Assembly: GCA_002269645.1 (NCBI GenBank)
Contig: NIVC01000797.1
Coordinates: 62,001-126,000, forward strand
From: Macrostomum lignano
Lineage: Eukaryota
Direction of reading: 5' to 3'
DNA length: 64,000 bases
The notes beneath the pieces were generated by a model, which ran no database searches, was not told where the DNA came from, and saw nothing but the letters and a program-made list of their open reading frames with translations. This document shows positions 52,057-64,000 of this stretch, piece after piece. Each line of letters starts with the position of its first letter. Positions within the stretch are counted from its first letter, which is position 1. Made by a program: the position numbers and the translations under genes.

Positions 52057-54876
52057 ATGTCATTACTGAGCCTCTGGCTGGTGCCGGAGAGTGACAGCCT
52101 GCTGCAGCAGCTGATGCTGTGGCTGCGACACCGGCTGCTGCAACTGCCTGTGTTTGCCAATGTCACGCTGCTGAACGACACAAGCTGGACAGACAACGCG
52201 GATGTCGGAGTGTCGCAACTGGTTGCCAACCAGGTTCGCCTGGACTCGGCCTACTTTGCCGCCTTCTGCTGCATCCAGCTGCTGGCAATTCTGGCCCCAG
52301 CGCTGCTTTGCGCTTGCGTGTGGAGGCGTCGGAGACGGCGGCAGCGGCGGCGGCGGCGGCGGATGAAGCGGCCTCAGGATCCGGAGGTCGAGGGCCGTGT
52401 CAAACCTGGCAGCCGTGAGGTGTCCGTGTACGCTATTAGCGGTCTGTCGGGCTTCGACGAGTCGAGTAGCGACAGGTGCTCGGTGAGCACGTGCGCCTCA
52501 GACACAACAGACGCTGGCGGGCACTGGTGCGATTCAAGCATCTCGGACAGCGACATCGAGGTCAGCCAGCATCGATGCTTGGTGCTATCAATGCTGGTGC
52601 TGCTGCTGCTGCTGCTGGCTACCGCTGCTGTATCTGTGGCGCTGCTCATCGATTTCTGGAACAGCGGCAACCAGCTGCAGTCCCGGATGCTGACGGAGAG
52701 CAACAGGACGGCCACGTTCCGGGCATCCACCGCCCAGCTCGTCTCCGATGTCAATCGTCTGATTGACGACCTGATCGAGTCGAGCAACGCCACGTTAATT
52801 GACGAATTCCAGGCGAACTTCTACGTCATACAGAGCTTCTTCAATGGCTTTGCAAGGTATATTATTGAGCAACTGTTCGATCTGCTGAAACTGCAGCCTG
52901 TGCTAGTGCAGCTGGAGGCCTTCATCTCAAAGATCGAGTCCGTGGAGAAGATTCAGTCTCAGGCGAAAGTTTTAGCTGCCGATCTGACCAGCGTCAAAGC
53001 GGAACTGGACGATCTTCGCTCAGAACTGAACAGCAGCTGCAGCAAGCTCTGCAACTCCGCGAGTTACTTTGAGTGTCCGAACATTCTCGCCAGCCTGTCA
53101 AATCTCAAGCTGCAGGTCAGCCCCAGCCTTGTGCAGTTCGACAGCCTCACCACGGTGATCACCTTCATGCGGCAGAGAGGCATCAATGTCACTCAGATGC
53201 GGTCAGACTTCATAGGAACCTACGCCAGCATCAACCAGTCTCTCCGCACCATCGATGCCGAGGTTAACAAGCTGTTGAACTCCGTGACCGTTGGCATTGC
53301 CAACGAGTTTGGCAAAATCAAGAATTCAAGTGCCAGTCTGACGGCAAGCCTGAGTCAAACAGCGGATTCTGAGTCCGTTTGGTCCGTTGTACGCGATGCG
53401 AGGACCTACTTCATCATTGCTGTGGTGCTCATGAGCCTCGCCTTGTTGCCGTTCTACGTGTTCGCCGTACTTCTTGGCACCGATCTGGTTCGCTGCCTGT
53501 CCTGGCTGCTCTCTCTGATGTCCATGGAGCTTCGGGACCATCGACTGAGAAGTGTGCGACTGACGGACCTCAACAGCCTGGACGCTGGGCCCGAGCGCAT
53601 CGGCGGCTTTCCAGTGTCGACGGTCAGCGCCGCTGATTTGCGACGCTACGACGAACGTCGGGCAAAATTGCGGAAATATCGGCAGCACTGCTTGGGCAGC
53701 TTCCGCCAGTTGAGCGGCTCGTCGAGAACTTACGCTTGCGGCGTCCTAGCAGTCTCCATAGTGACGACGCTCGCGTTCAGCCTGCCAGTGCTGGCCTACT
53801 ATGCCACTAGCGTGGCCGACGTTCGTCTCTGTCGCTACTTAAGGACGTCTGAAGGTCGAGCAACCCTAGACGCCAATCTGGACTCCGCACTGCTCCAGCA
53901 TCTGTGGCCAGGTGTTACTAACCTGCTGGAGAAGAGTCTCCAGCTGCCCATACCGTTCGACTTTAGCAAACGACCCAACCAGCTGTTCACCAGACTGAGC
54001 ACTCAGTGCGACAATAGCAGCGTCTCCCTGTTCACCGCCCTGCAAATGATGAACGTTATCAACTTAACAGCGTTCGTTTATTCGCCTACAGTGCAGCAGA
54101 ATCTTGACTACGGCAAGAATATGCTGCACGCGGCACTCGCTGGCCTGGCACCAGAGACTGTGCTGTCCGCCGATCTTCGCAGCATCGGCGAGAGCGCCGA
54201 GGTGTCAGCTTTGGGCAGCCTAATCGACGAGGAACTGAGCCGGATCGACCTGCTTAACCAGCTGGACCAGCCGCTTCTGAAACTCGACGCCGTCGCTCTG
54301 ACCGATGCAATCGACCGACTCGCCGACGCCAGCTCGACCACTTCCGCAGCCGTCATAGCGAAGCACTACAACAACGAGTTGCGCAGTCAAACTTTGTCCA
54401 AGTTAAGCTTTCTGCAACGCCGGGTAGAAATTCTGACCGCCGTCATCAACGCCACGGCAACTGGCCCGTCAGCCACGAGCACCATCCAGCGGCTCGCCGC
54501 GAACATCGCCGGCTACAAAGCCGCATTCGGCAGTCCGGCATCCGTGAAGGCCGCGGCTGACGGGGTGTACGACGCCACCGTAGGCAGATACCTGCCGCCG
54601 CTGGTGCAGCTGCTCGACCCGATGAGGGAGAGGATTCTGCAGCGCCTGCTCCCCTGTCTGGGATTTCAGCAGCTAGTGGAGTCGGGCTCGGCTCTGGCCT
54701 GCTCGGAAGTCATCGAATCGTCTTTGAGCGTGGCTCTGGCTCTGCTGTTGAGTCTGGTGGCTCTGCTTCTGGCCGCTTGCGTTTTCCTTGGATTGCTTCT
54801 GCAGGCCAGCGGTTTCTGCTGCATCCTGCGCGGCTGCGGCTGCTGCTGCGGCTGCAATCGGGACTGCTCCAGCTAG
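52057..54876 (+). CDS. Prominin-like pentaspan membrane glycoprotein, single 939-aa ORF
   Basis: Five hydrophobic segments (AYFAAFCCIQLLAILAPALLCACVW; LVLSMLVLLLLLLATAAVSVALLI; YFIIAVVLMSLALLPFYVFAVLLG; ACGVLAVSIVTTLAFSLPVLAYY; LSVALALLLSLVALLLAACVFLGLLL). Two large helical loops rich in N-x-S/T sequons. Prominin-type Cys spacing (LNSSCSKLCN..ECPNI, VRLCRY, TQCDNSSVSLFTAL, LLPCLGF..ALACSEVI). Family call is from topology and Cys pattern, not a database hit. Confidence 0.75.
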   Translation: MSLLSLWLVPESDSLLQQLMLWLRHRLLQLPVFANVTLLNDTSWTDNADVGVSQLVANQVRLDSAYFAAFCCIQLLAILAPALLCACVWRRRRRRQRRRRRRMKRPQDPEVEGRVKPGSREVSVYAISGLSGFDESSSDRCSVSTCASDTTDAGGHWCDSSISDSDIEVSQHRCLVLSMLVLLLLLLATAAVSVALLIDFWNSGNQLQSRMLTESNRTATFRASTAQLVSDVNRLIDDLIESSNATLIDEFQANFYVIQSFFNGFARYIIEQLFDLLKLQPVLVQLEAFISKIESVEKIQSQAKVLAADLTSVKAELDDLRSELNSSCSKLCNSASYFECPNILASLSNLKLQVSPSLVQFDSLTTVITFMRQRGINVTQMRSDFIGTYASINQSLRTIDAEVNKLLNSVTVGIANEFGKIKNSSASLTASLSQTADSESVWSVVRDARTYFIIAVVLMSLALLPFYVFAVLLGTDLVRCLSWLLSLMSMELRDHRLRSVRLTDLNSLDAGPERIGGFPVSTVSAADLRRYDERRAKLRKYRQHCLGSFRQLSGSSRTYACGVLAVSIVTTLAFSLPVLAYYATSVADVRLCRYLRTSEGRATLDANLDSALLQHLWPGVTNLLEKSLQLPIPFDFSKRPNQLFTRLSTQCDNSSVSLFTALQMMNVINLTAFVYSPTVQQNLDYGKNMLHAALAGLAPETVLSADLRSIGESAEVSALGSLIDEELSRIDLLNQLDQPLLKLDAVALTDAIDRLADASSTTSAAVIAKHYNNELRSQTLSKLSFLQRRVEILTAVINATATGPSATSTIQRLAANIAGYKAAFGSPASVKAAADGVYDATVGRYLPPLVQLLDPMRERILQRLLPCLGFQQLVESGSALACSEVIESSLSVALALLLSLVALLLAACVFLGLLLQASGFCCILRGCGCCCGCNRDCSS

Positions 54877-55222
54877 CTCCGGCTGCTGCTGCGGCTGCAA
54901 TCGGGACTGCTCCAGCTAGCTCCGGCTGCTGCTGCGGCTGCAATCGGGACTGCTCCAGCTAGCTCCGGCTGCTGCTGCGGCTGCAATCGGGACTGCTCCA
55001 GCTAGCTCCGGCTGCTGCTGCGGCTGCAATCGGGACTGCTCCAGCTAGCTCCGGCTGCTGCTGCGGCTGCAATCGGGACTGCTCCAGCTAGCTCCGGCTG
55101 CTGCTGCGGCTGCAATCGGGACTGCTCCAGCTAGCTCCGGCTGCAATCGGGACTGCTCCAGCTAGCTCCGGCTGCAATCGGGACTGCTCCAGCTAGCTCC
55201 GGCTGCAATCGGGACTGCTCAG
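54836..55222 (+). repeat. 43-bp tandem repeat spanning the prominin-like C-terminus and stop codon
   Basis: TAG ends at 54876, 54919, 54962, 55005, 55048, 55091 and 55134 (43-nt period), then at 55165 and 55196 (31-nt units). Confidence 0.95.
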
Positions 55223-56000
55223 CTTTTCCACCTATACTTTCAGATAATTAAGCTAATTTATGATCTTTACCTGTGCATTGAGCAGTAGGAACACGTAATC
55301 TGCCCTGAGATTGGGATTTTCTGCTTGTCCATTTTTTCGAGAACATGTCTTGATAAAAGTACTTTTTTCCTCGATTGCATGCTTGATGACTTACGTCAGT
55401 TCACACCTGTAATTTTCAAATGGAGCAGGAGCGAATCGAAAGAGGAATAGGAGAGAGAGGAGACGGAAAGGGTGAGGAAGAGAGAGATAAAGAGAGAAAA
55501 GAAGAGAGAGGGAGATGGGAAGGAAGGGAGAGAGAGGAGAAGTGAAAGATATAGAAAGGGACAGAGAAAGATGGAGAGTGAGAGGTAGGGAAACGACAGT
55601 GGCTTAAACTGAGTCATCAAACAATATTAATACTTTAAATTTTTCATATTTAATTAACTGAAAACGAGTTGCAGCGCTCTCATTGCTTTTGCATTCACAA
55701 TTGTGCTATACTTAGAAATTTGCTTCATTCTCTGTTGTAGCTCGTAAAACGAACAAGCTTTCAATATACCGGTTTCATTGCCGCCCAAAAAGTCGTCCGA
55801 AAACTCGTTTAGCTGACAGAAATTGCTTCCTAAATACTGTGCGATAATTTACGATGCCTTAGCTAATGCAATTCATTGCTGAAGATCCCTGTATCTGAGA
55901 TTTCTGAAGATAGCTGTTTTCATGTGCCCACTTTGTGGACACAGCAGTTACACGTGTCTTCCTGGTCTCGCTCATTTTATTTAGCTAGATAGTACGAAAT

Positions 56001-56003
<3 letters not shown>

Positions 56004-56064
<61 letters not shown>

Positions 56065-56250
56065 ATAGATAGACAGATAGATAGATAGATAGACAGATAG
56101 ATAGACAGATAGATAGATAGATAGACAGATAGATAGACAGATAGACAGATAGATAGACAGATAGATAGATAGATAGACAGATAGATAGACAGATAGATAG
56201 ATAGATAGACAGATAGATAGATAGATAGACAGATAGATAGATAGATAGAC

Positions 56251-56293
<43 letters not shown>

Positions 56294-56314
56294 CAGATAG
56301 ATAGATAGATAGAC

Positions 56315-56345
<31 letters not shown>

Positions 56346-56490
56346 CAGATAGATAGACAGATAGATAGATAGATAGATAGACAGATAGATAGATAGATAG
56401 ACAGATAGATAGATAGATAGACAGATAGATAGATAGATAGACAGATAGATAGATAGATAGACAGATAGATAGATAGACAGATAGACAGAT
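56004..56490. repeat. Compound (GATA)n/(GACA)n microsatellite
   Basis: Direct reading. Confidence 0.97.
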
Positions 56491-56879
56491 AGGCAGAGAG
56501 GTAAACAGGATCAAATGAAACCCAAAATAGCACCGTGGGCTGAGTCAATCCTATACTTTTGAAGGGCAGACTAGCAGTATAATTTATTAATCTGTGCCTC
56601 AATGCGCCAGTGGGCAGTGGGGGTAGGCAGTAAGAATTCTACAGCGACTCAATGCATAATGCAGACCCAGCTGCAGAGTCTTCATCTCATTCCCAATCGG
56701 ATTCCCAGTTGCAATTGGCGCGCCGCTCTTATTAAATAGAAAACTAAAAAGATTCTGCATTTGTGTCCCTGATAAATTGAATTGGTTTTTGAGCTGCGTA
56801 GCTAAGGATAACGGGGTAGTTAAGGAAGCGGAATGATTGACAGCTGGAATGAGCAGCCATGGTATTAAAATCCAGAGGC

Positions 56880-57730
56880 TACAGACAGAGGCTACAGATT
56901 GAGTAGAGAGGCTACAGATTGAGTAGAGAGGCTACAGATTGAGTAGAGAGGCTACAGATTGAGTAGAGAGGCTACAGATTGAGTAGAGAGGCTACAGATT
57001 GAGTAGAGAGGCTACAGATTGAGTAGAGAGGCTACAGATTGAGTAGAGAGGCTACAGATTGAGTAGAGAGGCTACAGATTGAGTAGAGAGGCTACAGATC
57101 GAGTAGAGAGGCTACAGATTGAGTAGAGAGGCTACAGATTGAGTAGAGAGGCTACAGATTGAGTAGAGAGGCTACAGATTGAGTAGAGAGGCTACAGATC
57201 GAGTAGAGAGGCTACAGATTGAGTAGAGAGGCTACAGATTGAGTAGAGAGGCTACAGATTGAGTAGAGAGGCTACAGATTGAGTAGAGAGGCTACAGATT
57301 GAGTACAGAGGCTACAGACTGAGTAGAGAGGCTACAGATTGAGTAGAGAGGCTACAGATTGAGTAGAGAGGCTACAGATTGAGTAGAGAGGCTACAGATT
57401 GAGTAGAGAGGCTACAGATTGAGTAGAGAGGCTACAGATTGAGTAGAGAGGCTACAGATTGAGTAGAGAGGCTACAGATTGAGTAGAGAGGCTACAGATT
57501 GAGTAGAGAGGCTACAGATTGAGTAGAGAGGCTACAGATTGAGTAGAGAGGCTACAGATTGAGTAGAGAGGCTACAGATTGAGTAGAGAGGCTACAGATT
57601 GAGTAGAGAGGCTACAGATCGAGTAGAGAGGCTACAGATTGAGTAGAGAGGCTACAGATTGAGTAGAGAGGCTACAGATCGAGTAGAGAGGCTACAGATT
57701 GAGTAGAGAGGCTACAGATTGAGTACAGAG
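56880..57730. repeat. Highly homogeneous 20-bp minisatellite (gagtagagaggctacagatt), ~42 units
   Basis: Direct reading; very few variant units. Confidence 0.97.
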
Positions 57731-58219
57731 GCCGGAATGGGCATTTCTAGGCAGCAGATTGATTAGACGGGTAACCAATACGTGCAGCTCATTTTCGCGG
57801 TGGATTGGAACTGCCCTCCCTCAGCCTAGCTGCTGAAGTCAAACTGACGCAGGAGACGGCACACGCTGCTATAGCACAAATAAATCTTTTTGCATTCATT
57901 CCGCGTATCCCCTCCCCTCCCCGATCACCATGCATGCCTCTGGCGCCTAGATCATTAGTATTATTACTCGTACTATTACTACATACTATATTATTATTAT
58001 AACTTTTAGCCTGCCCGGCCTCGCCAATAAAATCTAGAACAAAGGGCGGCCTAGCATTCGCGACTCTTTTCTTCTCGTCTCCTTCCCCTTCTCTCCCTTC
58101 TCCCGTTCACTCTCATCCATCGTCATCCTCCCTGCTATTGGCTTTTTCTCATTCATTTTAGGATTATTAGCACTGCACTGGGTCGGTATAGGGCAGAACT
58201 TTTGTAACAATGTAGATGC

Positions 58220-58590
58220 ATGTACTACTGTGAGCACTACTGTGAGCACACTACTATGAGCACACTACTGTGAGCACACTACTGTGAGCACACTACTATG
58301 AGCACACTACTGTGAGCACACTACTGTGAGCACTGCTGTGAGCACACTACTGTGAGCACTGCTGTGAGCACACTACTGTGAGCACTGCTGTGAGCACACT
58401 ACTGTGAGCACACTACTGTGAGCACACTACTGTGAGCACACTACTGTGAGCACTGCTGTGAGCACACTACAGTGAGCACACTACTGTGAGCACACTACTG
58501 TGAGCACACTACTGTGAGCACACTATGAGCACACTACTGAGAGCAAGCATACTAATGTGAGCACACTACTGTGAGCACACTATGAGCACA
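58220..58590. repeat. 14-bp minisatellite (ctactgtgagcaca)
   Basis: Direct reading. Confidence 0.93.
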
Positions 58591-59017
58591 TGACTTTAGA
58601 TACACAATGTTTGTAACACTTATTGGGGCAAGTTTAAAAACGCCTGTGCCGCAAAGAATCACGTGTGGCCGGTCTCTGAGAAAAAAACACTGCTAAAAAT
58701 AGCTTTTATCTTCCATTGCTAACGGCCGGCTATTGCAGCAGTCTGAATAAACTCTCTCTGTTTTGGGACTAAATTTATTTATTTATAGAAAATAGAGCGG
58801 ATTTCCATTGACTACACTTCCTCAAAGCAACCGACTGTGCTTACCTGCGTACACAGCATGTACACCAGCGCAGGGCGATGCCCAAAATTAACCATTCTAA
58901 AAATAAACTGTTTTATGATTTCCCCTCTGATGCTGAGCATATTGGCTGTCTTATATAGATAGATACAAATGTAATATGCTTAAGGTGCCAATTATAGATA
59001 GATTTGATACATACTCG

Positions 59018-60287
<1,270 letters not shown>

Positions 60288-60808
60288 GCAAATACCGAGT
60301 TGAAAGAACCGGTTCGCAGTCAGCTGAGTAATCAATCCAGTCAAAGCCAGTATATTGAAACAGTTGCCATATGCGATACCAGGCACAGGTCGCTTCCCAC
60401 CGTTCCGCACGGGCGCTGTGGCTCATATATTTGACCAGGCGAGAGATATTTTTACTGCTAAGTTCTGTCACTGCAAGTCAATAAGAGTCACTTGAACAGT
60501 TCTGAGTAGCCCATTGATTTCTGGGGAGTAAATTGGAACGGAAATATTTTAGAGAAGACTTGAGTTCGTTTGTAGCCTCGCACAGTAAGTTAGCTACTTT
60601 ACTTTTAAGGCAATGAATATTCATTTTCTAGCAGAACGTTTCTTGTGATCTGAAAATTTGTCATTCAAATTGCATGGCAAATACAACTTTCTGTAGTTGG
60701 ATCTTAGTTCCATGATCCAAGACATTCCGTAACCCGTCCAAAATGTTTTATAACCTTTTTATTCTACTTATGAACAGTAGGACTTAAGAACTTTGCGATG
60801 CCAGTAGA

Positions 60809-63760
60809 TCATCTAAACTCGGCGATCTGGTTCCCGACGTTAGTGCCTGCGATGGCTGGACTTATGAACTGAGAGAGCATGTTGCTGGTGTGTCAGAATA
60901 GGGTTGGATTCTGAGTTGCTGTGTCTTCTTCCAGCAACTGACCATCACTGTGTCCGACCATCAACTGACCATCACTGTGCCCAACCATCAACTGACCATC
61001 ACTGTGTCCGACCATCAACTGACCATCACTGTGCCCAACCATCAACTGACCATCACTGTGCCCCAACCATCAACTGACCATCACTGAGTCCGAACCATCA
61101 ACTGACCATCACTGTGTCCGACCATCAACTGACCATCACTGTGCCCAACCATCAACTGACCATCACTGTGCCCAACCATCAACTGACCATCACTGAGTCC
61201 GAACCATCAACTGACCATCACTGTATCCGACCATCAACTGACCATCACTGTGCCGAACCATCAACTGACCATCACTGTATCCGACCATCAACTGACCATC
61301 ACTGTGCCGAACCATCAACTGACCATCACTGTATCCGACCATCAACTGACCATCACTGTGCCGAACCATCAACTGACCATCACTGTGCCGAACCAGCAAC
61401 TGACCATCACTGTGTCCGAACCAGCAACTGACCATCACTGTGCCGAACCAGCAACTGACCATCACTGTGCCCAACCATCAACTGACCATCACTGTGCCGA
61501 ACCAGCAACTGACCATCACTGTGTCCGAACCAGCAACTGACCATCACTGTGCCGAACCATCAACTGACCATCACTGTGCCGAACCAGCAACTGACCATCA
61601 CTGTGTCCGAACCATCAACTGACCATCACTGAGTCCGAACCATCAACTGACCATCACTGTGCCCAACCATCAACTGACCATCACTGTGCCGAACCAGCAA
61701 CTGACCATCACTGTGTCCGAACCAGCAACTGACCATCACTGTGCCCAACCATCAACTGACCATCACTGTGCCCAACCATCAACTGACCATCACTGTGCCC
61801 AACCATCAACTGACCATCACTGTGCCGAACCATCAACTGACCATCACTGTGCCGAACCAGCAACTGACCATCACTGTGTCCGAACCAGCAACTGACCATC
61901 ACTGTGCCGAACCAGCAACTGACCATCACTGTGTCCGAACCAGCAACTGACCATCACTGAGTCCGAACCATCAACTGACCATCACTGAGTCCGAACCATC
62001 AACTGACCATCACTGTATCCGACCATCAACTGACCATCACTGTGCCGAACCATCAACTGACCATCACTGTGCCGAACCAGCAACTGACCATCACTGTGTC
62101 CGAACCAGCAACTGACCATCACTGTGCCCAACCATCAACTGACCATCACTGTGCCCCAACCATCAACTGACCATCACTGAGTCCGAACCATCAACTGACC
62201 ATCACTGTATCCGACCATCAACTGACCATCACTGTGCCCAACCATCAACTGACCATCACTGTGCCCAACCATCAACTGACCATCACTGAGTCCGAACCAT
62301 CAACTGACCATCACTGTATCCGACCATCAACTGACCATCACTGTGCCGAACCATCAACTGACCATCACTGTGCCCAACCATCAACTGACCATCACTGTGC
62401 CCAACCATCAACTGACCATCACTGAGTCCGAACCATCAACTGACCATCACTGTGCCGAACCAGCAACTGACCATCACTGAGTCCGAACCATCAACTGACC
62501 ATCACTGTATCCGACCATCAACTGACCATCACTGTGCCGAACCATCAACTGACCATCACTGTATCCGACCATCAACTGACCATCACTGTGCCGAACCATC
62601 AACTGACCATCACTGTATCCGACCATCAACTGACCATCACTGTGCCGAACCATCAACTGACCGTCACTGTGCCGAACCAGCAACTGACCATCACTGTGTC
62701 CGAACCAGCAACTGACCATCACTGTGCCGAACCAGCAACTGACCATCACTGTGCCCAACCATCAACTGACCATCACTGTGCCGAACCATCAACTGACCAT
62801 CACTGTGTCCGAACCAGCAACTGACCATCACTGTGCCGAACCAGCAACTGACCATCACTGTGTCCGAACCAGCAACTGACTATCACTGAGTCCGAACCAT
62901 CAACTGACCATCACTGTGCCGAACCAGCAACTGACCATCACTGTGCCCAACCATCAACTGACCATCACTGTGCCGAACCATCAACTGACCATCACTGTGC
63001 CCAACCATCAACTGACCATCACTGTGCCGAACCATCAACTGACCATCACTGTGCCGAACCAGCAACTGACCATCACTGTGTCCGAACCAGCAACTGACCA
63101 TCACTGTGCCGAACCATCAACTGACCATCACTGTGTCCGAACCAGCAACTGACCATCACTGAGTCCGAACCATCAACTGACCATCACTGAGTCCGAACCA
63201 TCAACTGACCATCACTGTATCCGACCATCAACTGACCATCACTGTGCCGAACCATCAACTGACCATCACTGTGCCGAACCAGCAACTGACCATCACTGTG
63301 CCCAACCATCAACTGACCATCACTGTGCCGAACCAGCAACTGACCATCACTGTGTCCGAACCAGCAACTGACCATCACTGTGTCCGAACCAGCAACTGAC
63401 CATCACTGTGCCGAACCAGCAACTGACCATCACTGTGTCCGAACCAGCAACTGACCATCACTGAGTCCGAACCATCAACTGACCATCACTGTGCCCAACC
63501 ATCAACTGACCATCACTGTGCCCAACCATCAACTGACCATCACTGTGCCCAACCATCAACTGACCATCACTGTGCCCAACCATCAACTGACCATCACTGT
63601 GCCCAACCATCAACTGACCATCACTGTGTCCAACTACCAATCGAAGCTCGAGAACTTTGCTGGCCATTGGGAAACAGGGATTGGAGACATCCACTGAGGC
63701 CTTTGACGTGCAAAGAGTTCTGTGCGAGTGCCTTTCGCCATTCGATTGAGTGGACCTGGT
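60809..63760 (-). CDS. Candidate last two exons of a minus-strand gene entering from beyond the window
   Basis: Exon 63760-63638 (tttgtacag| ... TG|GTAGTT, 123 nt) and exon 60884-60809 (ttctgacacaccag|), joined in phase 2, read PGPLNRMAKGTRTELFARQRPQWMSPIPVSQWPAKFSSFDCNMLSQFISPAIAGTNVGNQIAEFR*. AATAAA at 60763-60758. The first exon is open in all three frames, so the frame is uncertain. Confidence 0.3.
60935..63630. repeat. 27/28-bp minisatellite (ccatcaactgaccatcactgtgccgaa), ~2.7 kb
   Basis: 9-aa periodic ORFs PNHQLTITV / EPSTDHHCA. Confidence 0.97.
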
Positions 63761-63771
63761 CTGTACAAAGC

Positions 63772-64000
63772 ATATAGGGTCTAAGCATAGGGTCTAAGCA
63801 TAGGGTCTAAGCATAGGGTCTAAGCATAGGGTCTAAGCATAGGGTCTAAGCATAGGGTCTAAGCATAGGGTCTAAGCATAGGGTCTAAGCATAGGGTCTA
63901 AGCATAGGGTCTAAGCAAAGGGTCTAAGCAAAGGGTCTAAGCAAAGGGTCTAAGCATAGGGTCTAAGAAAAGGGTCTAAGCAAGGGGTCTAAGCATAGGG
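63772..64000. repeat. 13-bp minisatellite (agcatagggtcta), runs off the window end
   Basis: Direct reading. Confidence 0.95.

Noticed and set aside
60935-63630. CRISPR-like appearance of 27-33-bp repeat arrays
   Set aside because: Units are head-to-tail with no unique spacers, there are no cas genes, and the context is eukaryotic.

Overview
Eukaryotic (metazoan) genomic DNA. GC-rich exons, AT-rich spacers, polyQ-rich proteins and very dense minisatellites suggest a Macrostomum-like flatworm, but the taxon is inferred, not shown. Gene models were spliced by hand with GT-AG sites and matching phases. (1) A 7-exon RAD54L2/ARIP4 SNF2 helicase on the minus strand (407-13162, ~1986 aa). (2) A 2-exon, 99-aa secreted single-EGF-domain protein with an unusually long loop (22561-24803). 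(3) A 5-exon ZNF598/Hel2 RING E3 ligase (30294-36337, 935 aa). (4) An unassigned Pro/Ala-rich gene (39165/40486-41748). (5) An apparently intronless pentaspan prominin-like ORF (52057-54876). (6) A candidate 3' end of another minus-strand gene (60.8-63.8 kb). Mobile DNA comprises a decayed Ty3/Gypsy element, an internally deleted mariner with ~200-bp TIRs, two hAT-type MITEs, a tRNA-derived SINE, a CACTA/EnSpm-like relic and two inverted copies of a (GATA)n-carrying element that bracket the prominin-like gene. More than 20 tandem arrays occur, and nearly every intron holds its own. The best leads are a 27-bp minisatellite whose units each mimic a 3' splice site followed by an in-frame stop, the atypical secreted EGF peptide, and the prominin cassette with a tandemly amplified stop codon. 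No CRISPR arrays, rRNA or intact tRNA genes were seen.
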